64,000 nt of DNA from a virus (lineage: Duplodnaviria; Heunggongvirae; Uroviricota; Caudoviricetes). The notes under the pieces were generated by a model that did no database searches, was not told where the DNA came from, and saw only the letters and a list, made by a program, of their open reading frames with translations. The DNA is taken from positions 35,950-99,949 of IMG/VR virus record IMGVR_UViG_3300020735_000006, one strand, 5' to 3'. Each line of letters starts with the position of its first letter. Within the stretch, counting starts at the first letter, position 1. Below, in pieces: positions 1-9,138 of the stretch. The translations under genes and the position numbers were made by a program.

Positions 1-1
1 A

Positions 2-184
2 GAGAACAATTTTTATAAAGCATGGCAAGCCGGGTTAACATACCTAGAGAATAAAATTGATACTAAGTATTTCCGGTACGAGTGGAATAAAGCCACCGGA
101 TTTTTAGCATTTATTAGCCCAATGTACTATATTGGTGATGCTAGTTATGTAGATTCAGGCAATAACACCTACCTTAAATTTTAA
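2..184 (+). CDS. 3' end (C-terminal ~60 aa) of an upstream ORF, partial
   Basis: Frame 2 is open from the window edge to the TAA at 182-184; no stops in 61 codons. Confidence 0.4.
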   Translation, partial: ENNFYKAWQAGLTYLENKIDTKYFRYEWNKATGFLAFISPMYYIGDASYVDSGNNTYLKF

Positions 185-194
185 TCGAGCACAT

Positions 195-1139
195 ATGAAA
201 AAACTATTAGCAGTATTAGCCGCAGTATTTGCATTAACAGTTAACGCACAATCCAATAAAGAAGTTGTTATTATTACCAGCTTTCCTGTAGGATCTGGCC
301 CGGACAGTTTATTGCGAGAAATACAACCAGATTTACAAAAGATTTACAATGCACCAGTTATCATTGACAACAAACCCGGTGGAAACGGTGCAGTAGCATT
401 TGAAGCATGTAACAGATCAATTGAGTCACAAAAGACTACACTATGTTATACAGAGGCCGCCGTGTTTTGGGCTATTCCTAAAATATATGGCAATGATCGC
501 GTAACAAAGAATCTTAAATTTTTTACAGTTAGCCACTTTGCTCCGTTAGTATTAGTAACGTCGGAAAATGTAAACAATCGCCAAGAGCTCATTGAACATA
601 TTAAGCAGAACCCAAACTTTGGTAGCTGGGCAGTAGGGTCAGTGGGACAGATTACTGGACAAGAACTATCTAACTACTTAAAGATAGATGCCCAACATGT
701 TCCATACAAAGATTATGGTCAGTGGTTAATGGATGTGGCTAATAACAATCTAGGATTTAGTTTTCCTACTATCGGATCAGCTACTCCATTGTATCGTGGC
801 AATAAGATTAAGTTTATAGCAGTAGCAACAAAGCATCGCGACCCTGTGTTTTCGGATGTACCGACTATGGAAGAATACTTCCCGGGGTTAAAGAACTTTG
901 TGCCACTAGGCGCATACGGTGCGTTTTATGTAAACAAAGACATGCCCGCTGCAACTGAAAAAACTTTGTTAGCAGGAATGAAACAAGCATTGGCTAATCC
1001 CAATCTAAGAAGCAGTTTAATTATTCGCGGATATAGACCATGGACAAAGACGGATGCAGAAACAAGAAAAGTATTAGAAGCAGAACAAGAGCATTATTAT
1101 CAAGCTCTTAAGCAGTTTAATATTAATTTACGACAGTGA
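195..1139 (+). CDS. Secreted periplasmic solute-binding protein, TctC/Bug-family-like
   Basis: N-terminal signal peptide MKKLLAVLAAVFALTVNAQ. Segment NKPGGNGAVAFEA resembles the Bug/TctC 'KPGAGG' core. Size ~310 aa, typical of the family. Confidence 0.45.
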   Translation: MKKLLAVLAAVFALTVNAQSNKEVVIITSFPVGSGPDSLLREIQPDLQKIYNAPVIIDNKPGGNGAVAFEACNRSIESQKTTLCYTEAAVFWAIPKIYGNDRVTKNLKFFTVSHFAPLVLVTSENVNNRQELIEHIKQNPNFGSWAVGSVGQITGQELSNYLKIDAQHVPYKDYGQWLMDVANNNLGFSFPTIGSATPLYRGNKIKFIAVATKHRDPVFSDVPTMEEYFPGLKNFVPLGAYGAFYVNKDMPAATEKTLLAGMKQALANPNLRSSLIIRGYRPWTKTDAETRKVLEAEQEHYYQALKQFNINLRQ

Positions 1140-1175
1140 TGCAGGAGGCAACTCCTGACTAATCAAAGAAAGGAG

Positions 1176-1628
1176 TTGGTAATGGAATTATTTGTACAAT
1201 ATGAATCAATCTGCACTGAATACTATCATGAGGATAAAGAGTACGGTGATTGGTCAGAAACAATAGACTACGAAGTTAAGGGTGTAAGCATATCTAGCCG
1301 CGGACGTTGGTCGGGATTAGCCCACGACGAAGAAAAGATAAATGTTGGCTTTGAAGCAGAAGCCGGCACACCACTATACATCCTATGGATGACTTATGGA
1401 TCTGGTGATAGCTTTGGACACGGCGATGGTTACGGAGAAATCTTGTGGGTATTTAAAAACGCAGATGTTGCCAAAACAGCATTAGAAATTTTCCAGGCAA
1501 ATTCTGAACAATATTCAATTCCGATTAAGGACGATGCAGGTAATGTTGTTACATTGCATAACCCAGGTTCGGGTTATTTTGAATGTGTTAATTCATTGCA
1601 AGTAGATACATTTTTATTAAGCATTTAA
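1176..1628 (+). CDS. Hypothetical protein
   Basis: 150-aa ORF with RBS AAAGGAG 8 nt upstream of ATG. Confidence 0.5.
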   Translation: MVMELFVQYESICTEYYHEDKEYGDWSETIDYEVKGVSISSRGRWSGLAHDEEKINVGFEAEAGTPLYILWMTYGSGDSFGHGDGYGEILWVFKNADVAKTALEIFQANSEQYSIPIKDDAGNVVTLHNPGSGYFECVNSLQVDTFLLSI

Positions 1629-1643
1629 AGAAAGGAGCATAAC

Positions 1644-2213
1644 ATGCCAGCAGTATTTTTAGTAAGCGACACGCACTTTGGCCACGCCGGCATGTGCCGC
1701 TTCACACAAGCAGATGGAGTCACAAAACTCCGCCCGTGGACTGATCCAGACGAAATGGATGAGTTTATGATTAAAGCGTGGAACGAACGGGTAGGACCAA
1801 AGGACAAAGTATATCACCTTGGTGATGTAGTCATTAACCGTAGAAGTCTGACTACACTTAGTAGACTTAACGGCGACAAAGTTCTTATCCGCGGTAACCA
1901 CGATATCTTTAAGGATGATGATTACAGACAATATTTCCGTGAACTACGTGCATACCATATTATGAACGGACTTATCCTTAGTCACATTCCGCTACACCCA
2001 GAAAGTCTCGGCCGCTTTGGAACGAACATACATGGCCACCTCCATTCTAATAGAGTGTTATTGCCAAATGGAGATATTGATGTTAGGTATCACTGTGTTT
2101 GTGTTGAGCAGACACCAGACTTCGCCCCGATCCTCTTCGAAGATGTATTAAAGAGGATCAAAGATGAGGGAGGAACGGTTGGTTTCCGTAATGGAAATGG
2201 CCCTACAATGTAA
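1644..2213 (+). CDS. Calcineurin-like metallophosphoesterase
   Basis: Motifs DTHFGH, HLGDVV, GNHD and HGHLH match the phosphoesterase signature D-x-H / GD / GNH[DE] / GH. RBS AAAGGAG upstream. Confidence 0.8.
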   Translation: MPAVFLVSDTHFGHAGMCRFTQADGVTKLRPWTDPDEMDEFMIKAWNERVGPKDKVYHLGDVVINRRSLTTLSRLNGDKVLIRGNHDIFKDDDYRQYFRELRAYHIMNGLILSHIPLHPESLGRFGTNIHGHLHSNRVLLPNGDIDVRYHCVCVEQTPDFAPILFEDVLKRIKDEGGTVGFRNGNGPTM

Positions 2214-2218
2214 AAGTT

Positions 2219-3316
2219 GTGGGGCTTTTTTTTGAACTAAATAGTTGCATGGCAAACGAATATTGCAGGTATCTATCAAATGGTTTTAGATTTCTAGGAG
2301 CCGACTTAACATATCAACCCTGTTGTTGGGTCCCGGCATCTAACCCGATATATTCAGCCGACCAACTCAATCAAGTTAGAATAGACACCACAAAAAAAGT
2401 TTTAGCAAATAAAGAACAATACTGCCACGATTGTATTAACCGAGAATCACGCGGGTTTAACACTAGTATAAGAAATCATAGTTTTAAGTGCATTCCAGAG
2501 GATGCCGAAGATGGCGAAATAATTGATTTATCTATTCAAATTGATACAACGTGCAATGCAGCCTGTGTGATGTGTGGTCCGCATTTTAGTAGCTTATGGC
2601 AAAAGGAAGCAAATCCGAAGGCTATATTATTTGACGCTAGTGACAAATATAAAAATCTAATAGATATATTAGATCTGAGTAAGGTAAAATATCTTAGATT
2701 TTTTGGTGGAGAGCCATTAGTCAACGATAATCATTTAATTATGTTAAATGCAATTCAACACCCCGAACAAGTAAATCTTTTATACTTTACAAACGGTAGT
2801 ATTTTTCCAAACCAAGAAACTATACAAGCATGGAACAAATTTAATAAAGTTTTTATTAAAATTAGTATTGATGCTATTGATGATAGATTTCATTATATAC
2901 GCTGGCCATTAAAATGGAATAAAGTTGAAAATAATGTATATGAAATATGCAAATTGGACTGTGTTGCTTCTGTTATTATTACTAGCACAATAAATCCAAT
3001 GAATATTTTATACTTCGACGAACTAGAATCTTGGTTTACTAATTTAAAAACTAAATTTTTAAAAGTAAATACATTGGATACCAGTATATGCTATGGTACA
3101 TGGGGGTTAGATGCTATTCCTCAACAACTTCGGGAACAAGTAATTAAAAAATACGGAAATGATCATAGAATAGCAAAAATGTTAGATAGTATTCTAACTG
3201 TTGATTCCACAAAATGGAATAAGTTAGTTGCAGAAATGTTACGGCTAGATTTACAAAGGAATCTATCATATACAGAAATTTTCCCAGAAGTAATCTCGAT
3301 CGTAAACAACATATAA
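2219..3316 (+). CDS. Radical SAM domain protein (paralog A), N-terminal Cys-rich extension
   Basis: CNAACVMC is a CxxxCxxC radical-SAM motif. Downstream FFGGEPL is a glycine-rich SAM-binding motif. N-terminal extra cysteines (C..PCC..CHDC). Paralogous to the next ORF, including the shared block IRWPLKWNKVE. Confidence 0.6.
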   Translation: MGLFFELNSCMANEYCRYLSNGFRFLGADLTYQPCCWVPASNPIYSADQLNQVRIDTTKKVLANKEQYCHDCINRESRGFNTSIRNHSFKCIPEDAEDGEIIDLSIQIDTTCNAACVMCGPHFSSLWQKEANPKAILFDASDKYKNLIDILDLSKVKYLRFFGGEPLVNDNHLIMLNAIQHPEQVNLLYFTNGSIFPNQETIQAWNKFNKVFIKISIDAIDDRFHYIRWPLKWNKVENNVYEICKLDCVASVIITSTINPMNILYFDELESWFTNLKTKFLKVNTLDTSICYGTWGLDAIPQQLREQVIKKYGNDHRIAKMLDSILTVDSTKWNKLVAEMLRLDLQRNLSYTEIFPEVISIVNNI

Positions 3317-3322
3317 AATACA

Positions 3323-4504
3323 ATGGCTAATAAACATTGCAGAAACTTGAGTAATCAATATGCTCTTAGTACTACCAAATTTGGAGTAATTGAATATCGA
3401 CCATGTTGCCAATATACTGGCGAGAGAATCGCTATTGACGATCGAGAGAATTTTATCAAAGCCAAGGAATTTTTTAATAACACTAGTGGATGGATTCCTG
3501 GGTGTAACTCTTGCAAACACATGGAACAATCAAATGTACATAGTGTATCGTATAGAACTCAATCATTTACTAGAACAGCATCCGATTATGATCACAACGA
3601 GTGTGTATCGCTTGACATTACATTAGATTTAGAATGTAATGCCGCTTGTATTGTGTGTGGTCCTCATACCAGTAGTACCTGGGCTAAACTCGAAGGTAAG
3701 GATATGCGAAATAATCATGTTGCGTATTCTATGACTAAATTTAATCCGCAGAAAGATTTAGAAAAATATAATAACCAATTTCAAATACAGTTGGATTCTA
3801 GTGATACCGCAGGATCTGATGTGTATTTGCGACAAATTATTAAATACATTCCTGTTGACAAATTAGAGATATTATTGCTAAAAGGTGGCGAGCCGTTTTT
3901 GACCGATTTTCATAAAAAACTTATGACCTATATTATTTCTGTGCATCCCAATCCTAAACAAATTGTTATACGGTACAATACAAATTGTAGCGTATTTCCT
4001 GATGCCGAAGTTTTAGAACTGTGGAAACACTTTAAAGAAATACGGTTAAATTTAAGTTTGGATGCAATAGGTAAGCAGTTTAATTATATCCGTTGGCCAT
4101 TGAAATGGAATAAAGTTGAAAAAATTGTCAAGCGGTTTATCACCGAAACAGATGCTAAGTTTGTAGTACAATGTACAATTAATCCTTTAAATTTACTCTA
4201 TCATGCTGAATTGTGCTTGTGGGCCGAGCAAAACATTCCATTGGACCGAACATATTCTAAATCGGGTGTTATTGCAGTAACCAGGTGTTACGGAAATCTT
4301 GATTTAAGCTATGTTCCACGTGCATTAACAAACGAAAGTATCAACATGTATGGTGAAGATCACGAAATTAATAAAATATTAAAAACATTTACTGTAGAAA
4401 ATCGTAATATAGAATCAATGATTAAATTCCTCGAAAAACATGATAAAATACGTAGCGAAAATTGGCGAGAAACTTTTCCATTAGTTGTTCCGTTTTTAAG
4501 CTAA
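3323..4504 (+). CDS. Radical SAM domain protein (paralog B)
   Basis: CNAACIVC (CxxxCxxC), GGEPFL, and the IRWPLKWNKVE block shared with the previous ORF. N-terminal C..PCC..CNSC. Confidence 0.6.
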   Translation: MANKHCRNLSNQYALSTTKFGVIEYRPCCQYTGERIAIDDRENFIKAKEFFNNTSGWIPGCNSCKHMEQSNVHSVSYRTQSFTRTASDYDHNECVSLDITLDLECNAACIVCGPHTSSTWAKLEGKDMRNNHVAYSMTKFNPQKDLEKYNNQFQIQLDSSDTAGSDVYLRQIIKYIPVDKLEILLLKGGEPFLTDFHKKLMTYIISVHPNPKQIVIRYNTNCSVFPDAEVLELWKHFKEIRLNLSLDAIGKQFNYIRWPLKWNKVEKIVKRFITETDAKFVVQCTINPLNLLYHAELCLWAEQNIPLDRTYSKSGVIAVTRCYGNLDLSYVPRALTNESINMYGEDHEINKILKTFTVENRNIESMIKFLEKHDKIRSENWRETFPLVVPFLS

Positions 4505-4532
4505 CTATATTATTTCAAAGTAATTACTATAT

Positions 4533-5618
4533 ATGTATTATTCTGTAGATAACCAAAAATTTACTAATAAATTCTTAGCGGCATCGTATGCTGGAAAAAA
4601 TAATCTAACTTTACATTTTAACATGTATGAGTCGGCTTTTGACAATATAGATTGGTTAAAAGAACCTATAGAAAGTTGGGATCAGTTACTTGATATGCGA
4701 GCTACCCAAATTGCTGCAAAAAATAAACCCATTGTATTAAATTTTAGCGGTGGAACAGACAGCCTAACAATATACGAAGTTTTTAAACGTAATAATATAC
4801 ATATAGACATTATCTATACAAGAGCACGAGTGGGTGTCAACGACCGTAGTAGTTATTCTCCTGTGTACGACTTCCTTAATAAAGGCGTATACGATAAAAC
4901 TACTAAGATTGTGATTAGAGAAGATAATGCAGAATTATTTAACGAACTATATCCCAATGAGGACTGGGTATGGGACACGGCCCAAAGATATCAATTTGCT
5001 ATGGCACAAGAGTCACGCGAATATTCTAGCCGTATATTAGGTACAGACGATTTTATTTCTGTTATTGGACTTGAAAAACCTCGTTTGCATTTTACTGATG
5101 ATGGGGTATACTCTTACCAAGATGATGAAAACTATGTAAGGCCAATGAATGATAATACATTAGATTGTTTTTACATAACTCCAGATTTGCCAGCATTACA
5201 TGTTAAACAATCGTATATGTTATTAAACTATATAAGAAGGTTGGCACCTAAATCTTCATTAAACGAGTTGGAAAAATTTAACACTATTCACCAACCGTTG
5301 AAATTTAACTGGATTAATTATAGCATAAGTGGGTGTGGTAGATATGGCGACTTAAATGATAGTGCCACTCAACATGCAGGTAATGCTTGTTCAAAATTTA
5401 TTATTCCAACAACTGGACAATTTAGTGGTCAAGAGTATCAAGGTCGTGGTAGCGATTGGTATTCTAGTTTGGCCGGCACACAAGCATTTAAAAACTATAC
5501 ACAAGGGTTAACGAATGTAGTAAATGATTCTGCTGGTAAATTTTTACAGTGGGATCCTACTAATTTTTATTCTATTAAGCAATTCAGATCTAAATATTAT
5601 CAATTAAGTTTTATTTAA
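4533..5618 (+). CDS. PP-loop ATP pyrophosphatase, AsnB/WbuX-like sugar amidotransferase candidate
   Basis: NFSGGTDS matches the SGGxDS PP-loop motif. Size ~360 aa is compatible with N-acetyl-sugar amidotransferase or asparagine-synthase C-domain proteins. Confidence 0.5.
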   Translation: MYYSVDNQKFTNKFLAASYAGKNNLTLHFNMYESAFDNIDWLKEPIESWDQLLDMRATQIAAKNKPIVLNFSGGTDSLTIYEVFKRNNIHIDIIYTRARVGVNDRSSYSPVYDFLNKGVYDKTTKIVIREDNAELFNELYPNEDWVWDTAQRYQFAMAQESREYSSRILGTDDFISVIGLEKPRLHFTDDGVYSYQDDENYVRPMNDNTLDCFYITPDLPALHVKQSYMLLNYIRRLAPKSSLNELEKFNTIHQPLKFNWINYSISGCGRYGDLNDSATQHAGNACSKFIIPTTGQFSGQEYQGRGSDWYSSLAGTQAFKNYTQGLTNVVNDSAGKFLQWDPTNFYSIKQFRSKYYQLSFI

Positions 5619-6498
5619 GTTTGGCTTTCCAAAAACTTGCTATTTTCTCATTGAGTACCTGTGTTTCTTCCCTATTGTAATTTACAGGCACGCATAAATC
5701 TTTAGCATACAGATTTTTAATATTCGGCGAGTTAGCATTAGCACGGTGTAAAATATCATACAACTCGGTTACTTTATCCTGTGCAAGATTAGATGGAGCA
5801 AATATCTGGTATGTTGAGGTTAATTCATTAAATCCATTGTATCCTTGTTTAGCAAAGGTATTTAGATCTTTAGCAGTTCCGGTGTAGCCAATTATATTAA
5901 TTCGATCTTGCCACTGTGTTACATTAGTCGGAACAGCTACATTGAGATCCAATGACGCATTACCTAATAGGTCTTGCATCCCGGCGCTAGTACTAGGATA
6001 GCCAATGAAATCTAATTGTGTATTGGGAAGAATTTTTTGTAATTCTTTAGCTACAGTTTCGCCAGCAGTACCAAGAATTACACCAATTGTTAAACGTTTT
6101 TGTTTTTTTAATTCAGCAGTGGATTTATATTTTGTGCTAACTACAGCATACGGCGAACCTATACATTCTACTAACAGTGGTGTAAATTGTCTAGTATCGT
6201 AACTTTCGTTGGGATATAGCATAGGTCTAATAAAAAATCCGCTAGAAGAACTCATTAATGTAATTCCGCGATTGTTTAATGTATGCAAAGCTGCAACTGT
6301 ACCGCCAGCCCCTGGTTTGTTCTCAAATACAAAAACATATTTTGATTGTGATTTATTGGCTTGGTTAGCCAATTCTCTAACCCATTCGGCACCATTGGCA
6401 CTTACAGCGAATGGCCAAACTAATTGTACTGTTTCTTGTGCTGTTGCTGTATTTACTTTTACAAATAAAAATAAGATTGCGGCAATAATTTTTTTCAT
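5611..6498 (-). CDS. Secreted periplasmic binding protein, TctC/Bug-family-like
   Basis: Signal peptide MKKIIAAILFLFVKVNTATAQ. NKPGAGGTVAA motif. Second member of the family in the window. Confidence 0.5.
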   Translation of the reverse strand: MKKIIAAILFLFVKVNTATAQETVQLVWPFAVSANGAEWVRELANQANKSQSKYVFVFENKPGAGGTVAALHTLNNRGITLMSSSSGFFIRPMLYPNESYDTRQFTPLLVECIGSPYAVVSTKYKSTAELKKQKRLTIGVILGTAGETVAKELQKILPNTQLDFIGYPSTSAGMQDLLGNASLDLNVAVPTNVTQWQDRINIIGYTGTAKDLNTFAKQGYNGFNELTSTYQIFAPSNLAQDKVTELYDILHRANANSPNIKNLYAKDLCVPVNYNREETQVLNEKIASFWKAKLK

Positions 6499-7146
6499 TT
6501 AATATACTTTCTTTGATAGTAGTTGTGTTGCTTTTATTGACTGCAATGACTTCCAATAATCTAAGAAATCAAGTTGATATCGATTTGGGCTAGGAAAATT
6601 AACAAGGACCGTCGAATTAACAAAATCCTCTAGCTGCGTAATTTGATCGGGGGAAAATTTAGTTATTAAATTTAATAATTCTGGATCAACATCTTTATCA
6701 TAATATGATTTACTCCCACTTAAAATTTGTTTTAAATATTGTTTAGTATCATTGGGTGCATTAAAGTGGCGGCGACTCACAGCCGTAAACCAATATGCTT
6801 GTTTTTCGTAGGCCATTCTTACTTGCAAATGTATGTTAGTATATAATAAAATCTTGTAAGTATTACTACTAATTGATTGGTTTGTTTCGTATACATCTGG
6901 ATTAAATAATGGATTGCATATTAAAAATAATTTTGAACCATTTGCTTTTTTGAGTTCTAAATTGTTGGGCCAAAATTCTGTATCTTTCCATGTATATGGA
7001 TTAATTGATAACTCGGCGGGAAATTGTTGAGTAATCATGGATTGTACTGTTTCTATATTATACTGGTATTTCCCAGATAACAGTAGATAGTAGTAAAGAG
7101 CAAATCCTCCCGATCCACCTTGATATAATATAGTAACATCTTTCAT
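6499..7146 (-). CDS. Hypothetical protein (possible P-loop/sulfotransferase-like fold)
   Basis: 215-aa ORF abutting the previous gene. N-terminal LYQGGSGGF glycine-rich loop. Confidence 0.4.
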   Translation of the reverse strand: MKDVTILYQGGSGGFALYYYLLLSGKYQYNIETVQSMITQQFPAELSINPYTWKDTEFWPNNLELKKANGSKLFLICNPLFNPDVYETNQSISSNTYKILLYTNIHLQVRMAYEKQAYWFTAVSRRHFNAPNDTKQYLKQILSGSKSYYDKDVDPELLNLITKFSPDQITQLEDFVNSTVLVNFPSPNRYQLDFLDYWKSLQSIKATQLLSKKVY

Positions 7147-7189
7147 TATGATATTTATTGCCCTGTATTTTACATTATAAATATTCTAT

Positions 7190-8341
7190 ATGACAACATC
7201 AACACTTTATGTCCTTTCCAGAGCCCCGAATGATAAATTTACATACAAGTTATATACTGATTTGTTATCTACACTAACCTGCGACTTTGAGGCATACTAT
7301 ATTTGGTCGGATCCTCCTGCTATACTTAAAAGATTTATGAATTATAAGGTTTTTACAAAACCCAATGTTATTATCGGCGTAAAAGATATGTTGGATTTGT
7401 GGTTAGATCATAATTTTTGGGATGGTAAACCTAGTGCCGGGGTAGAACTAATAGATAATATGGCCGCCCGTTTTCCTGAAACAAATTTTATTATTTTCAC
7501 TAGTCTAGAAAATATTAATCTCGAAGTAATAAAATCTACAAACATACAATTCGTACAATGGGGCGGCGACATAGTAAATCAAGCAGACTCATATCGATAT
7601 GTTATGCCTGTATTGGATAAAAATTTTAATTCCGATAAATCATTTATTAGTTTAAACCGGAATCGTCGACAGCACCGGGTAGTAACGTTAAGTTATCTAT
7701 TTGGTAAAGGGTATAACGAGTACGGCGAAATTACATACCTTGGTCAGTATATAGATGCACAGATTAATAATTTACTCGATTATCTACCTTGGAGATTTGA
7801 AGAACATCAAGATGACGCCCGTACTGCTATGTTGTCTGGATATCCAAAATTTTACAATAATAAATCGTTGGCAGCCGATGATTATAATATCTACGACGAA
7901 ATTAACGATAATGTTACAAACTTTAATCAAAATTTAAGAGAAAGATATCAAAATAGTTTTGTTGAGATTGTATCCGAATCGTCTTTTAGTGCCCCAAGTT
8001 ACTTAATAACAGAGAAATGGTTGAATAGTGTATATGGGTGTAATTTTCCTATCTTACTAAGTGGATGTAGTGCAATCGCCCACTTAAGAGAAGTGGGATT
8101 TGATGTGTTTGATGATATTATTGATCATACGTACGATACTATAGCCAATCCGTTCGATCGTATTATCTCGGCAATTGACAACAACAAAAGATTATTAATA
8201 GATGTAGACTATGCCAAGCAGTTATGGGAAGCTAATACACACAGATTTGAAAAGAACATCGAAGTGGCAAAAACTACAATGTATGATTGGTATAAACATC
8301 GTGCTACTGAACAATTTGCCCAATTGACGTGGAATAATTGA
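7190..8341 (+). CDS. Hypothetical protein (possible glycosyltransferase)
   Basis: 383-aa ORF within the sugar-modification region. No motif recognised. Confidence 0.4.
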   Translation: MTTSTLYVLSRAPNDKFTYKLYTDLLSTLTCDFEAYYIWSDPPAILKRFMNYKVFTKPNVIIGVKDMLDLWLDHNFWDGKPSAGVELIDNMAARFPETNFIIFTSLENINLEVIKSTNIQFVQWGGDIVNQADSYRYVMPVLDKNFNSDKSFISLNRNRRQHRVVTLSYLFGKGYNEYGEITYLGQYIDAQINNLLDYLPWRFEEHQDDARTAMLSGYPKFYNNKSLAADDYNIYDEINDNVTNFNQNLRERYQNSFVEIVSESSFSAPSYLITEKWLNSVYGCNFPILLSGCSAIAHLREVGFDVFDDIIDHTYDTIANPFDRIISAIDNNKRLLIDVDYAKQLWEANTHRFEKNIEVAKTTMYDWYKHRATEQFAQLTWNN

Positions 8342-8396
8342 CATATATAGCAATCTGTGTTAAACTTAGTTTTTACAAATCAACCTTAGGAATAAC

Positions 8397-8627
8397 ATGT
8401 CATCAAAATACCATAGTCGTCACGAACAGTTAGACGTAGAGAAATGCGTAAAAAATGCAGGTGGCAATAAGTTTGAATTAATTATTATGGCTGCACAACG
8501 CGGTCGCGAAATCCGTAGTCAAAATCAACACAGTATCCATATGGAACATCATCATGGTGTTGTTACAGCATTATTGGAAATCCAAGGCGGCAAAGTAGAT
8601 CAAGAGTATTTTAAAAAGATTAAGTAA
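8397..8627 (+). CDS. RNA polymerase omega subunit (RpoZ)-like protein
   Basis: NKFELIIMAAQRGREI aligns with the omega core NRFDLVLVAARRARQM. Downstream VTALLEIQGG resembles VIALREIEEG. Length 76 aa. Confidence 0.5.
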   Translation: MSSKYHSRHEQLDVEKCVKNAGGNKFELIIMAAQRGREIRSQNQHSIHMEHHHGVVTALLEIQGGKVDQEYFKKIK

Positions 8628-8690
8628 CATGTACAAGTATCAATTGTTGGTAACGTATTAAACTATACAAGAATTACTGAGTAGTATACA

Positions 8691-8783
8691 GGAGAGCTGG
8701 CCGAGCGGTCGAAGGCACCCGCCTACTAAGCGGGCATGGATCTTAACAATCCATCTGGGGTTCGAATCCCTAGCTCTCCGCCA
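8691..8783 (+). tRNA. Type II tRNA (Ser-like, long variable arm), apparent anticodon ACU
   Basis: Cloverleaf: acceptor GGAGAGC/GCTCTCC; 3-bp D stem; anticodon stem CCCGC/GCGGG with loop CTACTAA; 21-nt variable arm; T loop TTCGAAT; encoded CCA. Confidence 0.8.
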
Positions 8784-8785
8784 AG

Positions 8786-8805
8786 TACTAATAAGTTTGG
8801 GCATA
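8786..8805. repeat. Left arm of perfect 20-bp inverted repeat (TACTAATAAGTTTGGGCATA)
   Basis: Exact reverse complement of 9025-9044. Confidence 0.9.
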
Positions 8806-9024
8806 TGGCGTGGCGGCCATCTGATACATGTGGGAGTTTGAGTAACAGTCGTAGTACCGGCCCTGTGGCATGAGAATGTAATATCGGGTACTCCCGAGGG
8901 TACAATAAATTTTAAAACTGTGAAAGAGTTGCTAGATTCCATGAAAGAGCCTGTGAAGGCGAGCCTTAATGACTGGGTAGCTCCTGGTTGGCATTGTGGT
9001 CCACTGTCGAAAAGCAGATTTTAG

Positions 9025-9044
9025 TATGCCCAAACTTATTAGTA
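9025..9044. repeat. Right arm of 20-bp inverted repeat
   Basis: TATGCCCAAACTTATTAGTA is the reverse complement of 8786-8805. Confidence 0.9.
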
Positions 9045-9058
9045 ATAAATAGAGATAC

Positions 9059-9132
9059 GCCCCTTTAGTTAAATGGTATAACACTTGATTTGTAATCATG
9101 GATTAGCAGTTCGATTCTGTTAAGGGGCACCA
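9059..9132 (+). tRNA. tRNA-Thr (anticodon UGU)
   Basis: Acceptor GCCCCTT/AAGGGGC; D stem GTTA/TAAC; anticodon loop TTTGTAA; T loop TTCGATT; encoded CCA. Confidence 0.8.
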
Positions 9133-9138
9133 AATTTA

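Larger units (their letters stand above)
8786..9044 (+). ncRNA. Candidate structured RNA between the two tRNAs, closed by a 20-bp stem
   Basis: 219-nt non-coding segment bracketed by a perfect inverted repeat, lying between two tRNA genes. Internal local hairpins (e.g. CGGGTACTCCCG). Strand assumed from the tRNAs. Confidence 0.3.

Noticed and set aside
2213-2240. Possible terminator after the phosphoesterase gene (AAAAG…CTTTT plus T-tract)
   Set aside because: The stem is only 5 bp and AT-rich, and the next gene starts 6 nt later in an apparent operon. Too weak to call.
3390-3626. 78-aa +strand ORF overlapping the second radical-SAM gene in another frame
   Set aside because: It is embedded in a longer ORF with clear radical-SAM motifs and has no independent RBS or promoter.
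8658-8942. 94-aa minus-strand ORF in the six-frame track
   Set aside because: It runs antisense straight through a well-formed tRNA gene and the inverted-repeat element. Its composition is typical of a spurious antisense ORF.
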